DNA of 64,000 nt from Thermodesulfovibrionales bacterium (GTDB taxonomy: Bacteria; Nitrospirota; Thermodesulfovibrionia; Thermodesulfovibrionales; SM23-35): NCBI GenBank assembly GCA_963727725.1, contig CAVSHJ010000027.1:10755-74754 (forward strand), written 5' to 3'. Shown in pieces: positions 46,370 to 56,362 of the stretch. The position numbers were made by a program, and so were the translations under genes. Numbering within the stretch: the first letter of the stretch is position 1; each line of letters begins with the position of its first letter. The notes beneath the pieces were generated by a model, which made no database searches, was not told the origin of the DNA, and saw nothing but the letters and a program-made list of their open reading frames with translations.

Positions 46370-47098
46370 TTGAAGACGGAAGAATTCATAAACAGAGACG
46401 TCCTGGACAAGATAAAGGACGGCCTTCAATTTTATCAGGTCCTGGGATTCAAAAGTCTGCCGATAAAATTGGCGGAAAGCGGTAGGGGTCTGGCAGCCGG
46501 GAAAAAATTGAAAGGTCAAATCACACCGGACAAAGAGATTCTCTTGAAGAGATTGAGGGAGGAGATCGGAGATTGCGGGAAGTGCAAACTTTCAGATAAA
46601 CGGACAAATATCGTTTTCGGTGAGGGCAATCCTGACGCGAGGCTGATGTTCATTGGCGAGGCCCCCGGCAGGGAAGAAGACCGGCAGGCGAGACCCTTTG
46701 TCGGGGATGCCGGCAAGCTCCTTACGAGGCTTATAGAAAAAATGGGATTTAAGAGAGAGGATGTATATATCGCAAATATCGTCAAATGCAGGCCCCCGAT
46801 GAACCGTGACCCGGAGAATGACGAGATAGAGAAATGCAGGGGTTTTCTGGAGAGGCAGATAGAAATTATAAGCCCGGATGTGATCATTTCTCTTGGCCGG
46901 ATTTCTGCTCTGACACTCATAGGCAATGACAAGCTGAAGATATCTGCCATACGCGGAAAATTCTTTGATTATCACGGTATCCCTTTGATGCCGACTTTTC
47001 ACCCGGCCTATCTCATGAGGAATCCCAAGGACAAGTGGCTCACATGGAATGACGCTCAAAAGGTTCTTGAGCGACTGGAAGAGGTTAACCTGTCATGA
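46370..47098 (+). CDS. Uracil-DNA glycosylase, family 4
   Basis: GEGNPDARLMFIGEAPGREEDRQARPFVGDAGKLL and HPAYLMRNP. The TTG start is uncertain. Confidence 0.8.
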   Translation: MKTEEFINRDVLDKIKDGLQFYQVLGFKSLPIKLAESGRGLAAGKKLKGQITPDKEILLKRLREEIGDCGKCKLSDKRTNIVFGEGNPDARLMFIGEAPGREEDRQARPFVGDAGKLLTRLIEKMGFKREDVYIANIVKCRPPMNRDPENDEIEKCRGFLERQIEIISPDVIISLGRISALTLIGNDKLKISAIRGKFFDYHGIPLMPTFHPAYLMRNPKDKWLTWNDAQKVLERLEEVNLS

Positions 47099-47129
47099 TG
47101 CGATATATCTGTTTTCTTAAGGAGGAGCG

Positions 47130-47609
47130 ATGAAAGCGTTGTGGGCGCCATGGAGAATGGATTATATATTGTCGGACAAGACGGGAGGATGCATCTTTTG
47201 TGAACTGCCGAAGCAGGACAGGGACAGAGAGAATCTTATCCTCTACAGAAGTTCTCATAATTTTGTCATCATGAACCGCTACCCTTACAACAACGGGCAT
47301 ATCATGGTCGTGCCGTATCTTCACGCCCCTTCGCTGGATGGTATGACTGATGAGGTAATGCTTGATTTCATGAAGGTTACGCAGCATGCAGTCAGGTCTG
47401 TCAAAAGAGCTTTTATGCCGGAGGGGTTTAATATCGGGATAAATATCGGGAAGATCGCGGGCGCCGGGATGGAGGAACATGTTCATCTTCACATGGTGCC
47501 GAGGTGGGCGGGTGATACAAGCTTTATGACGGTCTTTGACGAGGTAAGGGTAATTCCCGAGCATGTCATGAGCACTTACGACAAGCTTTTTGCGGCATTT
47601 AACTCATGA
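47130..47609 (+). CDS. HIT-family nucleotide hydrolase/phosphorylase
   Basis: Histidine triad HVHLHMVPR. Confidence 0.8.
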   Translation: MKALWAPWRMDYILSDKTGGCIFCELPKQDRDRENLILYRSSHNFVIMNRYPYNNGHIMVVPYLHAPSLDGMTDEVMLDFMKVTQHAVRSVKRAFMPEGFNIGINIGKIAGAGMEEHVHLHMVPRWAGDTSFMTVFDEVRVIPEHVMSTYDKLFAAFNS

Positions 47610-47816
47610 AAACAACCCATCCTGATGACCCCGGAGATGTATACATTGCACAAAAAATTACTTATGTCGGAAGTTTCACTGAGAATCTTCTTGTTTGCTG
47701 TATCTGACAGGATATTTCCAAAACCGTTAGTCGGAGCTACACTAAGATATCGGTCCCGATGTGTGCCGGGATTTCCAAAATCCCGGTCTCTTCGTTCTTT
47801 CATCAACTATATAGCT

Positions 47817-48746
47817 ATGTTTTCTCTCGGAGCTATCTTCTTTTTGTTATCGGCGGACTTTTCTTACGGTGTTACGGTGGACAGGGTACTTGCAACTGTT
47901 GGCTCCGAAGTGATTACGTTCGGTGATTACAGGCAGTTCGTGAAAGGTATCAGCGATGCAGATAACGGAGATACAGTTGATCAGAAATTGCTGAGGAAAT
48001 TTATAGAGGAAAAGATCATTAGGCAAGAGGCCAGGAGGAAAGGCATTGAGGCAAGTGATGCGGAAGTCGAAAAGGCGATCGAAGAGTTCAAGGCACAAAA
48101 CGGAATGTCTCAGCAGGACCTGGAACAGTCTCTCAATAACGAAGGTCTTAACATGGGCAGTTATAAGAAACTTATGAGGGATCAGATAATATCATCCAGA
48201 CTCATAAGCGATGAGGTGGATGCAAAGATTTTTGTAACTGACGAGGAGATCAAACGTTATTATGATGCGAACAAGAAGGATTTCGTGAGCAGTCCGGAGA
48301 AAGTCGAGATAAAGGCGATCTTTATTCCGCTTAGGGAAGAGGCGTCTGTCACAGAGATTACAGATCTCAAACTGAGGAGCCTGAAAATAGTGTCAAGACT
48401 GAGACAAGGCGACAATTTTGACGTGCTCATAGATGATTATTGTGACGAACCTCTGAAAAGTCAGGGAGGCATGCTGGGCAAATTCGCGAGTGGGGCACTG
48501 ATACCTCCCCTGAACAACAGGGCTTTTTCGCTGAAAGTGGGCGAGATAAGCGACCCGGTATGGGTTAGCGATGGTGTCTATATTCTCGAGCTTACGGGCA
48601 GGAGTCCCGAGACTTTTAAGAAGATTGAAGAAGTCAAGCCCGGAATACGGGATTATTTGTATAAGCAGAAGAGAGAAAAATTATACAACGAATGGATCAA
48701 GACGTTATGGGAAAGATCAACTGTCACAATAAAACAAAGTTCATAG
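47817..48746 (+). CDS. SurA-N / parvulin-type periplasmic chaperone-PPIase
   Basis: A signal anchor, then a SurA_N-like segment (VDRVLATVGSEVITFGDY) and a C-terminal parvulin-like segment. The start is taken at the internal ATG at 47817. Confidence 0.65.
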   Translation: MFSLGAIFFLLSADFSYGVTVDRVLATVGSEVITFGDYRQFVKGISDADNGDTVDQKLLRKFIEEKIIRQEARRKGIEASDAEVEKAIEEFKAQNGMSQQDLEQSLNNEGLNMGSYKKLMRDQIISSRLISDEVDAKIFVTDEEIKRYYDANKKDFVSSPEKVEIKAIFIPLREEASVTEITDLKLRSLKIVSRLRQGDNFDVLIDDYCDEPLKSQGGMLGKFASGALIPPLNNRAFSLKVGEISDPVWVSDGVYILELTGRSPETFKKIEEVKPGIRDYLYKQKREKLYNEWIKTLWERSTVTIKQSS

Positions 48747-49558
48747 CGGCAGCGACTCTTTGCGTTCTGTTGCTGGTTTCTGCTGCGTATGCTGCCGACC
48801 CCCGGAGAGAATTCGAACTATTTGACCAGGGATATAAGGATTATCTTTCATATCAGCCCGAAAAGGCTGTGGGAGAATTCAGGACGTTTCTGAAGGAGTT
48901 TCCCCGCAGTTCTGCAAGTGATGCGGTCATGTTCTGGCTGGGGAAGTCCCTGACTCAGTTAAAGTCTTTTGAAGAAGCAAAGCAAATCTTTGCCGACATA
49001 AAACAACAATTCCCCGAAAGCCCGTTCGTACGGTACGCAGATAAAGAAATAGAAACGATGAGAGGGGTGTCCGGTTTTGCCGGGACTGTGCCGGACAAAG
49101 TGAGCGAAACTGGAATAGCAGATAACGTTGTTGTGAAAACAGCCGAGACGGACGATCAAGCCAAAATTCAGGAAAAGGAAATCCAAAAGGCGCTGGAACA
49201 AAAAAAAGAATCAAAATCAGTACCTCCACAAGAAGAGATATCGAAAAAGGCTGAAACTCCGGTCGAACCCGCCGTCGCTGTAGAAAGTGGGAAACCATTA
49301 CCTGCAGCAGCGGCATTGGAACAAAAGGTAATTTATTCGGCACAGATAGGAGTGTTTAAGAAACAGAAAAAGGCGGATGTTCTGAGGTCCGAATTCAAGA
49401 AAGAAGGATACACCGTTAAGGTGAGGAAAGGAACCCTGTATGGTGCAGATGTCTTTAAGGTACTGGTTGGGGAGTTTGCTGACAAAAATGAGGCAGAGGC
49501 AATTGCCGGCAAGCTCAAGAGGATATATCGGATTAAATACAATGGTGACCGCTTCTGA
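48707..49558 (+). CDS. TPR (YbgF-like) plus SPOR-domain protein
   Basis: A signal peptide, then a TPR-like segment, then the SPOR domain IYSAQIGVFKKQKKADVLRSEFKKEGY…FKVLVGEFADKNEAEAIA. Confidence 0.65.
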   Translation: MGKINCHNKTKFIAAATLCVLLLVSAAYAADPRREFELFDQGYKDYLSYQPEKAVGEFRTFLKEFPRSSASDAVMFWLGKSLTQLKSFEEAKQIFADIKQQFPESPFVRYADKEIETMRGVSGFAGTVPDKVSETGIADNVVVKTAETDDQAKIQEKEIQKALEQKKESKSVPPQEEISKKAETPVEPAVAVESGKPLPAAAALEQKVIYSAQIGVFKKQKKADVLRSEFKKEGYTVKVRKGTLYGADVFKVLVGEFADKNEAEAIAGKLKRIYRIKYNGDRF

Positions 49559-49661
49559 GGCTGGAGAAGAAATTCAGATTGCGCAGGCAGAAACAATTAA
49601 AAGAAGCCGGAGACGGCGATAGACTGAGATCATTGCCCGGGCAGGAAAAAAGAAGACAGAC

Positions 49662-50201
49662 GTGCCGGGTGCAGAGTGCGGAAAAATAAGGGCAGAGGGG
49701 GAGGGTTCGAAGCCGTTACCTGAGAACGTGGGAAAGGAGAAACCGGAAAAGAACGAAACCGCTGGCCACCTCCTCGGAGGCAGTGCAGACATAGGAGAAA
49801 CATCACAGTCTCCCACGTTATCGAAAAAAGGTGTTGTATATTCCGTACAGATAGGGGTATTCAGTAAACAGAAGACGACGGATAAGCTGAGGTCTGAATT
49901 CGAAAAAGATGGTTATCCCGTAAAGATAATAAAAGGAACTTCAAAAGGCAGAGACGTCTTTAAGGTCCTGGTTGGGCAGTTTGCGGACAAGAATGATGCG
50001 AAGTCGGCCGCCCGTGCGTTCGAGAAAAAATATGGCGGGAATACTATAGTGAGCATGTCTGAAGCGAGAGACGAAATCCCGGCTGCGCGGGTGGAATTCG
50101 TAAAGGCGGCGGAAGACACGAAGAAACCGGGATCGTCATCTGCGACCGGCAGAAAAAGAGACGGTGAAAATAGCTGCAACTGCGACCCAGACCGGGAGTA
50201 A
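49662..50201 (+). CDS. SPOR-domain protein (paralogous SPOR module)
   Basis: VYSVQIGVFSKQKTTDKLRSEFEKDGY…FKVLVGQFADKNDAKSAA. Its boundaries are uncertain, and it may be joined to its neighbours through frame disruptions. Confidence 0.5.
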   Translation: MPGAECGKIRAEGEGSKPLPENVGKEKPEKNETAGHLLGGSADIGETSQSPTLSKKGVVYSVQIGVFSKQKTTDKLRSEFEKDGYPVKIIKGTSKGRDVFKVLVGQFADKNDAKSAARAFEKKYGGNTIVSMSEARDEIPAARVEFVKAAEDTKKPGSSSATGRKRDGENSCNCDPDRE

Positions 50202-50682
50202 AGATTCCGAACCGAAAGATCTCCAGGCCAAAACTCAAGCACAGCAGAACAAGGAAGAAATTAATAAACATGTCGTCGCATCTAAAGATGAGAAAGAGCA
50301 TGTAAATGCGAGTGCGGAATCTTTAAAAGGTGAGAAGAAGCAGACAGAGGCCGTGCCGACGGAAAAGAAGAAAGATGATGTGACTGCAATGGCGGCGCAG
50401 ACCGTGAATAAAGATTCTGAACTGAAGGTGGCCGGGCCTAAGTCTCCGGAACAGGCGAAGAGTCAGGATAAAGCGGGGAAAAATCCGGAGGTCTTGAAGA
50501 CCGAAAATAAACTGTTAAGTGCGCCTGTACAACCCGCCGGTGCTGAGAAGCCAAAGGCGGTAGAAGCTACGGAGAAGCTGCCATCGTCACATCCGCCGGC
50601 GACAGAAAAAGAGACACGGGCGAAATTCGTAAAGACGAAGAATGAAAAGAAGAATATAAAGAGCGATGCCGAGCGGGTCTGA
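50164..50682 (+). CDS. Lys/Glu-rich low-complexity protein, possibly the C-terminal continuation of the SPOR protein
   Basis: GTG-start ORF overlapping the end of the previous ORF just after an A-run. Contains the repeated motif AAT(A/V)TQTxxKDSExK. Confidence 0.35.
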   Translation: MKIAATATQTGSKDSEPKDLQAKTQAQQNKEEINKHVVASKDEKEHVNASAESLKGEKKQTEAVPTEKKKDDVTAMAAQTVNKDSELKVAGPKSPEQAKSQDKAGKNPEVLKTENKLLSAPVQPAGAEKPKAVEATEKLPSSHPPATEKETRAKFVKTKNEKKNIKSDAERV

Positions 50683-50693
50683 TCTGCCTGCAG

Positions 50694-51395
50694 ATGGAAA
50701 TCAAGGATATCAAGTACACGCCACGGGATGTACCGGAGTATACTGCTGCCTCTCAGTCCTTATGTGACAAGTTGCAGATAAAAGAAGTCCTGTGGAGAAC
50801 CGGAAATGAGAATGAGGATTTCTTGAATGAGCAGGTCTTGTACGACGAGGCAAAAAATCTGCATATAACCACTGATAAAAATAAGCTTACTGAAATGATC
50901 GAGAATTATCAGCTGGATGACAGGGAGGCGGATTATCTGCGGAGGTATCTCGCTATCAGCGATCTCGTTGAGAGGAAGATCAGGGATATGCCGGAAGAAA
51001 AGGTGGTTGAGTCGATTATCGTACGGTACGGGGAAAGTGACAGGTATATGAAGATTGTGCTGGGTGCCGAGCTCCAGAATCTGGCAAAAAAGGGGACGCC
51101 TTTTGAAGAGATTTACAGACTGTATCCTGACATCGTGAGCTTCTCGGTGACAGGATTTCCGGAATTAGAAGAACGGATGAAGGAAAAAGTCCAGTCACTG
51201 CAGGATAACGAGATAGTTGTCACCTGGTCGGAGGACGGATATATGATTCTTAAACCGGTGTTCAAGGGACCTGTATTCAGGCCATTTGGAGATATATCAC
51301 CGGGGTTGAGAGACAGAATAAGGTCATACGTTCTTGCATGGGTAAAAAGACTAAGGGAAAAATATTCAGTTGAGCCGGTGAAAGAAAAAAAATAA
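50694..51395 (+). CDS. Hypothetical protein
   Basis: 233-aa ORF in which I recognise no motif. Confidence 0.5.
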   Translation: MEIKDIKYTPRDVPEYTAASQSLCDKLQIKEVLWRTGNENEDFLNEQVLYDEAKNLHITTDKNKLTEMIENYQLDDREADYLRRYLAISDLVERKIRDMPEEKVVESIIVRYGESDRYMKIVLGAELQNLAKKGTPFEEIYRLYPDIVSFSVTGFPELEERMKEKVQSLQDNEIVVTWSEDGYMILKPVFKGPVFRPFGDISPGLRDRIRSYVLAWVKRLREKYSVEPVKEKK

Positions 51396-51420
51396 TAATC
51401 AGAAACAGATTTGAACTTAT

Positions 51421-51735
51421 TCAACCTCTTTTTTGACTACTTCCGCCCGCGATCGCAGCAAAGTGATGACCAAACAATATCCATCGATTTGTCGGATGGT
51501 AATCAATTCCATCGTAGAATTTTTTGGCGGGTGTCGGACGCTTTTCGTCAATGGAGAGGACTTTTGCAGCAAGGAAGGAAGCATAGAACCGGTACACGAC
51601 AATAAAGAAACATGCAGCAGCCACGACAAGCCAGAGGGCGTTCACTTTTTCAGACGGATTAACTGCCCTCACTACCACCGAGAGAGCCGCCGCCGCGATG
51701 ATCGAGAGCGTTATCCAGAGGGCCTTTTTAAACAT
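51421..51735 (-). pseudogene. cstA: Truncated carbon starvation protein CstA (N-terminal roughly 100 aa only)
   Basis: …DYHPTNRWILFGHHFAAIAG matches the conserved CstA N-terminal region. The ORF stops right after this block, although CstA proteins are several hundred aa long. Confidence 0.6.
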
Positions 51736-51747
51736 TGTGCAAGATCG

Positions 51748-52035
51748 TCAGGACCGATAAAAATTTTTTTCCGGCATGTCGTAAACAAAATAGTCGGAGT
51801 CAAAGTCATAGATAGGGCTCATCAGGAAATTGACTTCGCCTCTGAACCTTTCCGCCGCAGAGAGGAGTCTTTCATGAATCACGTTCCAGTCGCTTTGTGA
51901 ATCGATATCCAGTATATAAAAGGAAGAGAGGAGACGCAGCCATGAATAGCCGTTGAGACCCTCCAGCATGGATTTGTTGATTTCCAGCCTTCGATTTCCC
52001 TGACATTTCAGCTCCCAGGACACTACAAAATGCAA
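51748..52035 (-). CDS. Hypothetical small protein
   Basis: 95-aa ORF with no recognisable motif. Confidence 0.35.
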   Translation of the reverse strand: MHFVVSWELKCQGNRRLEINKSMLEGLNGYSWLRLLSSFYILDIDSQSDWNVIHERLLSAAERFRGEVNFLMSPIYDFDSDYFVYDMPEKNFYRS

Positions 52036-52143
52036 TTTACGTGATCCCTTTCATGCGCACTTCATTTTTAACTATACAATTAAAATAATCAAATCCACAA
52101 TCGCCGTTGCTCTCTGGAGTTCCCCCATCTCTGGTTCTTTGTA

Positions 52144-52170
52144 CGTCATTCCCGCGAAGGCGGGAATCCA
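52144..52170. repeat. CGTCATTCCCGCGAAGGCGGGAATCCA hairpin repeat
   Basis: It is the reverse complement of the module at 2762-2788 and 52392-52418. It generates the spurious peptide VIPAKAGIH in ORF 52139-52366. Confidence 0.8.
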
Positions 52171-52346
52171 TTTTACTCACATCCTCAAGTTGATATCCAA
52201 GCCTCGACTCCGATTGGGGGCCCTGCTATTCGGTTTCTGCTCCTCAATAAGCCTCAGTTTCCATTTTATTAGCTCTGTTTCGGTGAACCCCATGTTGCTT
52301 TGTGAAACCTTCTACCATCTCATTTTTATGTTCATAAATCTGTTCG

Positions 52347-52418
52347 GTCATGCCCGAAATTTTTAGTCGGGCATCCATTTGCGGTTAAACTTGGATTCCC
52401 GCCTTCGCGGGAATGACG
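52347..52418. repeat. Two-module palindromic repeat, second copy of 2712-2788
   Basis: gtcatgcccgaaatttttagtcgggcatcca …tggattcccgccttcgcgggaatgacg. Confidence 0.8.
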
Positions 52419-52609
52419 CTTTCCATTATTAGCTCTTCGCCCGCAAGAAAAGTTTTCTCGAAGTATTTAAGAAAGAAATCGACTACTTCTCAAAAACAAA
52501 TGATTCTCTCTTTGGGAAGTTCTGCTTCCCGTGGGGCACTTATTGGGAAACTACTGTTTTAGGGGATACCGATGCAAAAAATTCGTCTTTTGATGTAAAA
52601 TCATTTCAA

Positions 52610-53213
52610 ATGAAGACATTCGAAGATGCCGTTGAATTCCATGGGCACGCGTGCCCCGGTCTGGCCTTGGGTTACAGGGCGGCTCTCTTTGCTTTGGAAA
52701 CGCTTGGCAAGAGGGCTGCCGATGAAGAACTTGTTGCTATAGTCGAAAACAATTCCTGTGCGGTGGATGCAGTTCAGCTTCTTACAGGCTGCACATTCGG
52801 GAAAGGTAATCTGATTTTCAGGGATTATGGAAAACAGGTTTATACGTTTGTGAAGAGATCGTCCCAAAATGAAGCCGCAGCGACAGGAGAGGGGTTACGG
52901 ATATCCGTTAACTGGACATCTCCCGAAGAAACGGCTGAAGAGAAACAGATGTGGGACAGATATATGAAGGGAGATCATTCAGCAGAAGTCTTGAGGGCTG
53001 GTCCATAACAGAAAAGCGAAGAAGATTAATACCGTACTCAGCGCGAAAGACAAGGACCTTTTCAAAGTTACGAGGGGTAAATTTGACCTGCCTGAAGAGG
53101 CAAAAATATATCCGAGCCTGAGATGTGCGGTGTGCGATGAAAAGGTGATGGAACCGAGGGCAAGGGTAAAAGATGGAAAGATTGTGTGTATCCCTTGTTT
53201 CACTCACTCATAA
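52610..53213 (+). CDS. FmdE-family protein with C-terminal zinc ribbon, one frame disruption near 53000
   Basis: N-terminus [15 protein letters not shown]. The C-terminal part (…[31 protein letters not shown]) lies in another frame. Confidence 0.7.
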
Positions 53214-53234
53214 TCTTGGATGGAGATCATACCC

Positions 53235-54113
53235 ATGAAAGATCTTATTACGAAGGCTGAGGTATTGATAGAGGCCTTGCCTTATATAAGGAAGTTTTTC
53301 GGCAAGACTTTTGTCATAAAGTATGGGGGGGCAGCCCAGGTAAAGGAAGAGTTGAAGGAGTCCTTTGCCAAGGACATCGTTATGCTGAATTTTATCGGTA
53401 TTAAGACCACTATTGTTCACGGGGGAGGCCCCAGGATTTCCGCAACAATGGAGAAGATGGGTAAGAAACCGAAATTTATCCAGGGGCAGCGTGTTACCGA
53501 CGAAGAGACGATGGATATCGTGGAGATGGTGCTCGGGGGCCTCGTCAATAAGGAGATTGTCTCTTTGATCAATAATCACGGCGGAAAAGCGGTCGGTCTC
53601 AGCGGTAAGGACGGAGGACTTATAAAAGCGAAAAAGAAACTGATGAAGAAACCTTCTAAAAGAGGAATTGATGAAGTCATAGATATCGGTCTCGTCGGGG
53701 AGGTTGACCATGTCGACCCGCGTATAATAATCAGCCTTGAAAAAGACGGTTTCATTCCTGTCATATCACCTGTGGGAGTCGGACCGAAAGGTGAGACGCT
53801 GAATATTAATGCGGACTACGTGGCCGCGTCAGTCGCCTCTGCTCTTCGGGCTGAGAAGCTTATTCTCCTCACCGACGTGCCGGGGATCATCGATAAGAAT
53901 AATAAGATAATCTCTACGCTGAAAAAACAACAGATAAGGAGACTCATCGGAGACGGAACGATTGCAGGCGGAATGCTTCCGAAAGTCCAGGCTTCCCTTA
54001 AATCTTTGGAAGGCGGTGTGACGAAAACACATATCATCGACGGAAGGGTTTCCCACTGCCTGCTTCTTGAGATATTCACAGAAAAAGGAATTGGTACGGA
54101 GATTCAGGCATAA
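53235..54113 (+). CDS. argB: Acetylglutamate kinase
   Basis: FVIKYGGAA, IVHGGGP and NINADYVA motifs. Confidence 0.88.
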   Translation: MKDLITKAEVLIEALPYIRKFFGKTFVIKYGGAAQVKEELKESFAKDIVMLNFIGIKTTIVHGGGPRISATMEKMGKKPKFIQGQRVTDEETMDIVEMVLGGLVNKEIVSLINNHGGKAVGLSGKDGGLIKAKKKLMKKPSKRGIDEVIDIGLVGEVDHVDPRIIISLEKDGFIPVISPVGVGPKGETLNINADYVAASVASALRAEKLILLTDVPGIIDKNNKIISTLKKQQIRRLIGDGTIAGGMLPKVQASLKSLEGGVTKTHIIDGRVSHCLLLEIFTEKGIGTEIQA

Positions 54114-54909
54114 GGGTCTTTTCCTCTCTCTGTTTCTCATCGCTGCCGGCCTGACGCTCTATCTTTTCTTTGTCCCGGACGTTTCGCGGCTGAAAAGGGA
54201 AAACCCTAAAAAGACCTCCTTCATGGAATACCGCGAAAAGGAGTGGCGGCGCGAGGGAAAGAAATATAGGATTCAACAGAAATGGGTCTCCCTCTCCCGG
54301 ATATCTCCTTATCTGATAAAAGCAGTGCTTATCGGAGAAGATGATAAATTCTGGAAACATGAAGGGTTTGATTACGAAGCCATGGAGAAGGCGCTTGAGA
54401 AAGACATAAAAGCAAAGAAGTTTAAACTGGGTGGAAGCACGATCAGCCAGCAGCTGGCAAAAAACCTCTATCTTTCCCCTGTTAAGAATCCCCTGAGGAA
54501 GATCAGGGAGGCGATTATCACGTGGAGGATAGAGAAGGCGTTAACCAAGAAGAGGATCCTGGAACTTTATCTGAATGTTGCCGAATGGGGCGAGGGCGGC
54601 ATATTCGGGATAGAGGCGGCATCGAGACACTATTACGGAAAGTCTGCTTCTGATCTCGATCCTGAAGAAGCGGCGAGACTTGCGGCGGTGCTTCCCAATC
54701 CGAGAAAATATAGTCCGCTCGGCAACGGAAGATACGTTACGCGCAGGTCTCACCTTATTTACAGTATTATGGTTAGACGGGGAATTGTTATCCCTGAATA
54801 CGATGAGGTCTTGGAACAAGAAAATAAAGACGAGGCTCCTCCTGCAAAAAATCCTCTTCCCGAATCACCGATAGAGACACCGTTAGAGCCGCAGATACCG
54901 CAAAAGTAG
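54067..54909 (+). CDS. mtgA: Monofunctional biosynthetic peptidoglycan transglycosylase
   Basis: GT51 motifs GEDDKFWKHEGFD, GGSTISQQLAKN and RKIRE. Confidence 0.85.
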   Translation: MRYSQKKELVRRFRHKGLFLSLFLIAAGLTLYLFFVPDVSRLKRENPKKTSFMEYREKEWRREGKKYRIQQKWVSLSRISPYLIKAVLIGEDDKFWKHEGFDYEAMEKALEKDIKAKKFKLGGSTISQQLAKNLYLSPVKNPLRKIREAIITWRIEKALTKKRILELYLNVAEWGEGGIFGIEAASRHYYGKSASDLDPEEAARLAAVLPNPRKYSPLGNGRYVTRRSHLIYSIMVRRGIVIPEYDEVLEQENKDEAPPAKNPLPESPIETPLEPQIPQK

Positions 54910-54911
54910 GA

Positions 54912-55283
54912 TTATCTTTCTAATACTACACATGCAATGCCGTAGTCATGCTCATGACTGAGACTCAGATGGGCTGTTCTTATCCCGTTTGAATCAAGGA
55001 AATCTCCGACCTTGCCTCCCAATTTCAGAAAAGGCTTACCTGTATCCTCATTTAAGACTTCTATATCGGTGAACGACACAGGAACCTGGGAGCCTATAGC
55101 TTTTATCAGTGCCTCTTTTGCGGCAAAGCGGACAGCGAGGGAAAGATATGGATTTTTTTTCCCGTAGCAATAGGCAATCTCCCGATTCGTGAATACCTTT
55201 TCGAGAAACTTCTGCCCCCATTTTTCCACGACCGTTTTTATTCTTTCGATCTTCACTATGTCTATGCCGATTCCGTATATCAT
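54912..55283 (-). CDS. acpS: Holo-[acyl-carrier-protein] synthase
   Basis: MIYGIGIDIVKIERI at the N-terminus. The start is taken at the internal ATG (55283). Confidence 0.85.
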   Translation of the reverse strand: MIYGIGIDIVKIERIKTVVEKWGQKFLEKVFTNREIAYCYGKKNPYLSLAVRFAAKEALIKAIGSQVPVSFTDIEVLNEDTGKPFLKLGGKVGDFLDSNGIRTAHLSLSHEHDYGIACVVLER

Positions 55284-55441
55284 GTAATCAGGAAATCGCG
55301 CGGACTTAGTCTGTGCAGCCCCGCATTTGGACCCTGATTGTCCCACATGCAATAATCATAATTTTTGTCTTTGACCGAATGCAAGGCTATTTGTTATAAA
55401 TAAATAATAAAGTTAAGATATTATATTAAACTAATTTCTTC

Positions 55442-55470
55442 TTGACAAGTATGTATCTCCTTAATATAAT
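55442..55470 (+). promoter_or_regulatory. Consensus sigma-70 promoter upstream of ihfA
   Basis: TTGACA (55442-55447), 17-nt spacer, TATAAT (55465-55470). A GAGGTGG ribosome-binding site precedes the ATG at 55494. Confidence 0.65.
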
Positions 55471-55493
55471 TAAAAAATTGAGGTGGTAACTTT

Positions 55494-55778
55494 ATGACTA
55501 AGGCAGACTTGGTAGAGAGAATTTTTGAGAAGATAGGTCTTTCAAAAAAAGAGGCCCAGGAGATCATCGAGATACTATTCGATACGATGAAGCAGACATT
55601 TGTGGAAGGAGAGTCCGTTAAGATATCGGGGTTCGGAACATTTAATGTCCGGCAGAAATTGTCAAGGAGAGGCAGAAATCCCAAGACCGGCGAAGACCTC
55701 GAAATAACTCCGAGAAGGGTTATAACGTTCAGGGCCAGTAACCAGTTGAAGGCGACAATGGAAAAAGAAAATGTATAA
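55494..55778 (+). CDS. ihfA: Integration host factor alpha / HU-family DNA-binding protein
   Basis: [37 protein letters not shown]. Confidence 0.85.
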   Translation: MTKADLVERIFEKIGLSKKEAQEIIEILFDTMKQTFVEGESVKISGFGTFNVRQKLSRRGRNPKTGEDLEITPRRVITFRASNQLKATMEKENV

Positions 55779-56160
55779 ATCTGCTCCGGAGAGTCTCAAA
55801 TCGTATATCCCTTTTCCGGATAAACTTTTCTATAAGATTGGAGAAGTGAGCAAGATCGTCGGCGTGGAACCTTACGTCCTCAGGTACTGGGAAACTGAAT
55901 TTCCTTTTCTGAAACCGAGGAAGAACAAATCGGGACAGAGGGTCTATATAAAGAAGGACGTAGAGCTTCTCCTGATGATCAAAAGGCTTTTGTATCAGGA
56001 GAGGTATACGATCGAAGGTGTCAGAAAAAGACTCGGACTCGTTTCAGTTCAGGCCGAACCGAAGCCTGAGCCGGAACAGAGAAAAGAAGTTCGTCAACCT
56101 GCCCGGGCAATCGAGCATATCAAGAAAAGGCTCAGAGAGATACTGAGTCAACTCCAGTAA
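55771..56160 (+). CDS. MerR-family transcriptional regulator
   Basis: Helix-turn-helix segment [24 protein letters not shown]. Confidence 0.8.
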   Translation: MYKSAPESLKSYIPFPDKLFYKIGEVSKIVGVEPYVLRYWETEFPFLKPRKNKSGQRVYIKKDVELLLMIKRLLYQERYTIEGVRKRLGLVSVQAEPKPEPEQRKEVRQPARAIEHIKKRLREILSQLQ

Positions 56161-56171
56161 AATCTGAAAAT

Positions 56172-56248
56172 CGGGGCGTAGCGCAGCCTGGTAGCGCACT
56201 CGCTTGGGGTGTGAGTGGTCGGCAGTTCAAATCTGCTCGCCCCGACCA
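56172..56248 (+). tRNA. tRNA-Pro (anticodon GGG), CCA encoded
   Basis: Hand-folded cloverleaf. Acceptor stem CGGGGCG/CGCCCCG, D arm GCGC-AGCCTGGTA-GCGC, anticodon stem CTCGC/GTGAG with loop TTGGGGT, T arm GGCAG-TTCAAAT-CTGCT, then A-CCA. Confidence 0.85.
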
Positions 56249-56257
56249 TTTAAAATC

Positions 56258-56296
56258 AAGGACTTGCAGGTTTTCTGTTAGTCCTTTTTTTATTTT
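56258..56296 (+). terminator. Rho-independent terminator after tRNA-Pro
   Basis: Stem AAGGACT/AGTCCTT followed by TTTTTTATTTT. Confidence 0.6.
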
Positions 56297-56362
56297 GATG
56301 TCGCGGATTTCTCTTCAAAAATTAAACTTCCTCCTGATGTCCTCATTCTTCTATAATATTCA

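Noticed and set aside
52139-52366. 75-aa ORF beginning MYVIPAKAGIHF
   Set aside because: The N-terminus is encoded by the GTCATTCCCGCGAAGGCGGGAATCC hairpin repeat. This is a typical repeat-derived spurious ORF.
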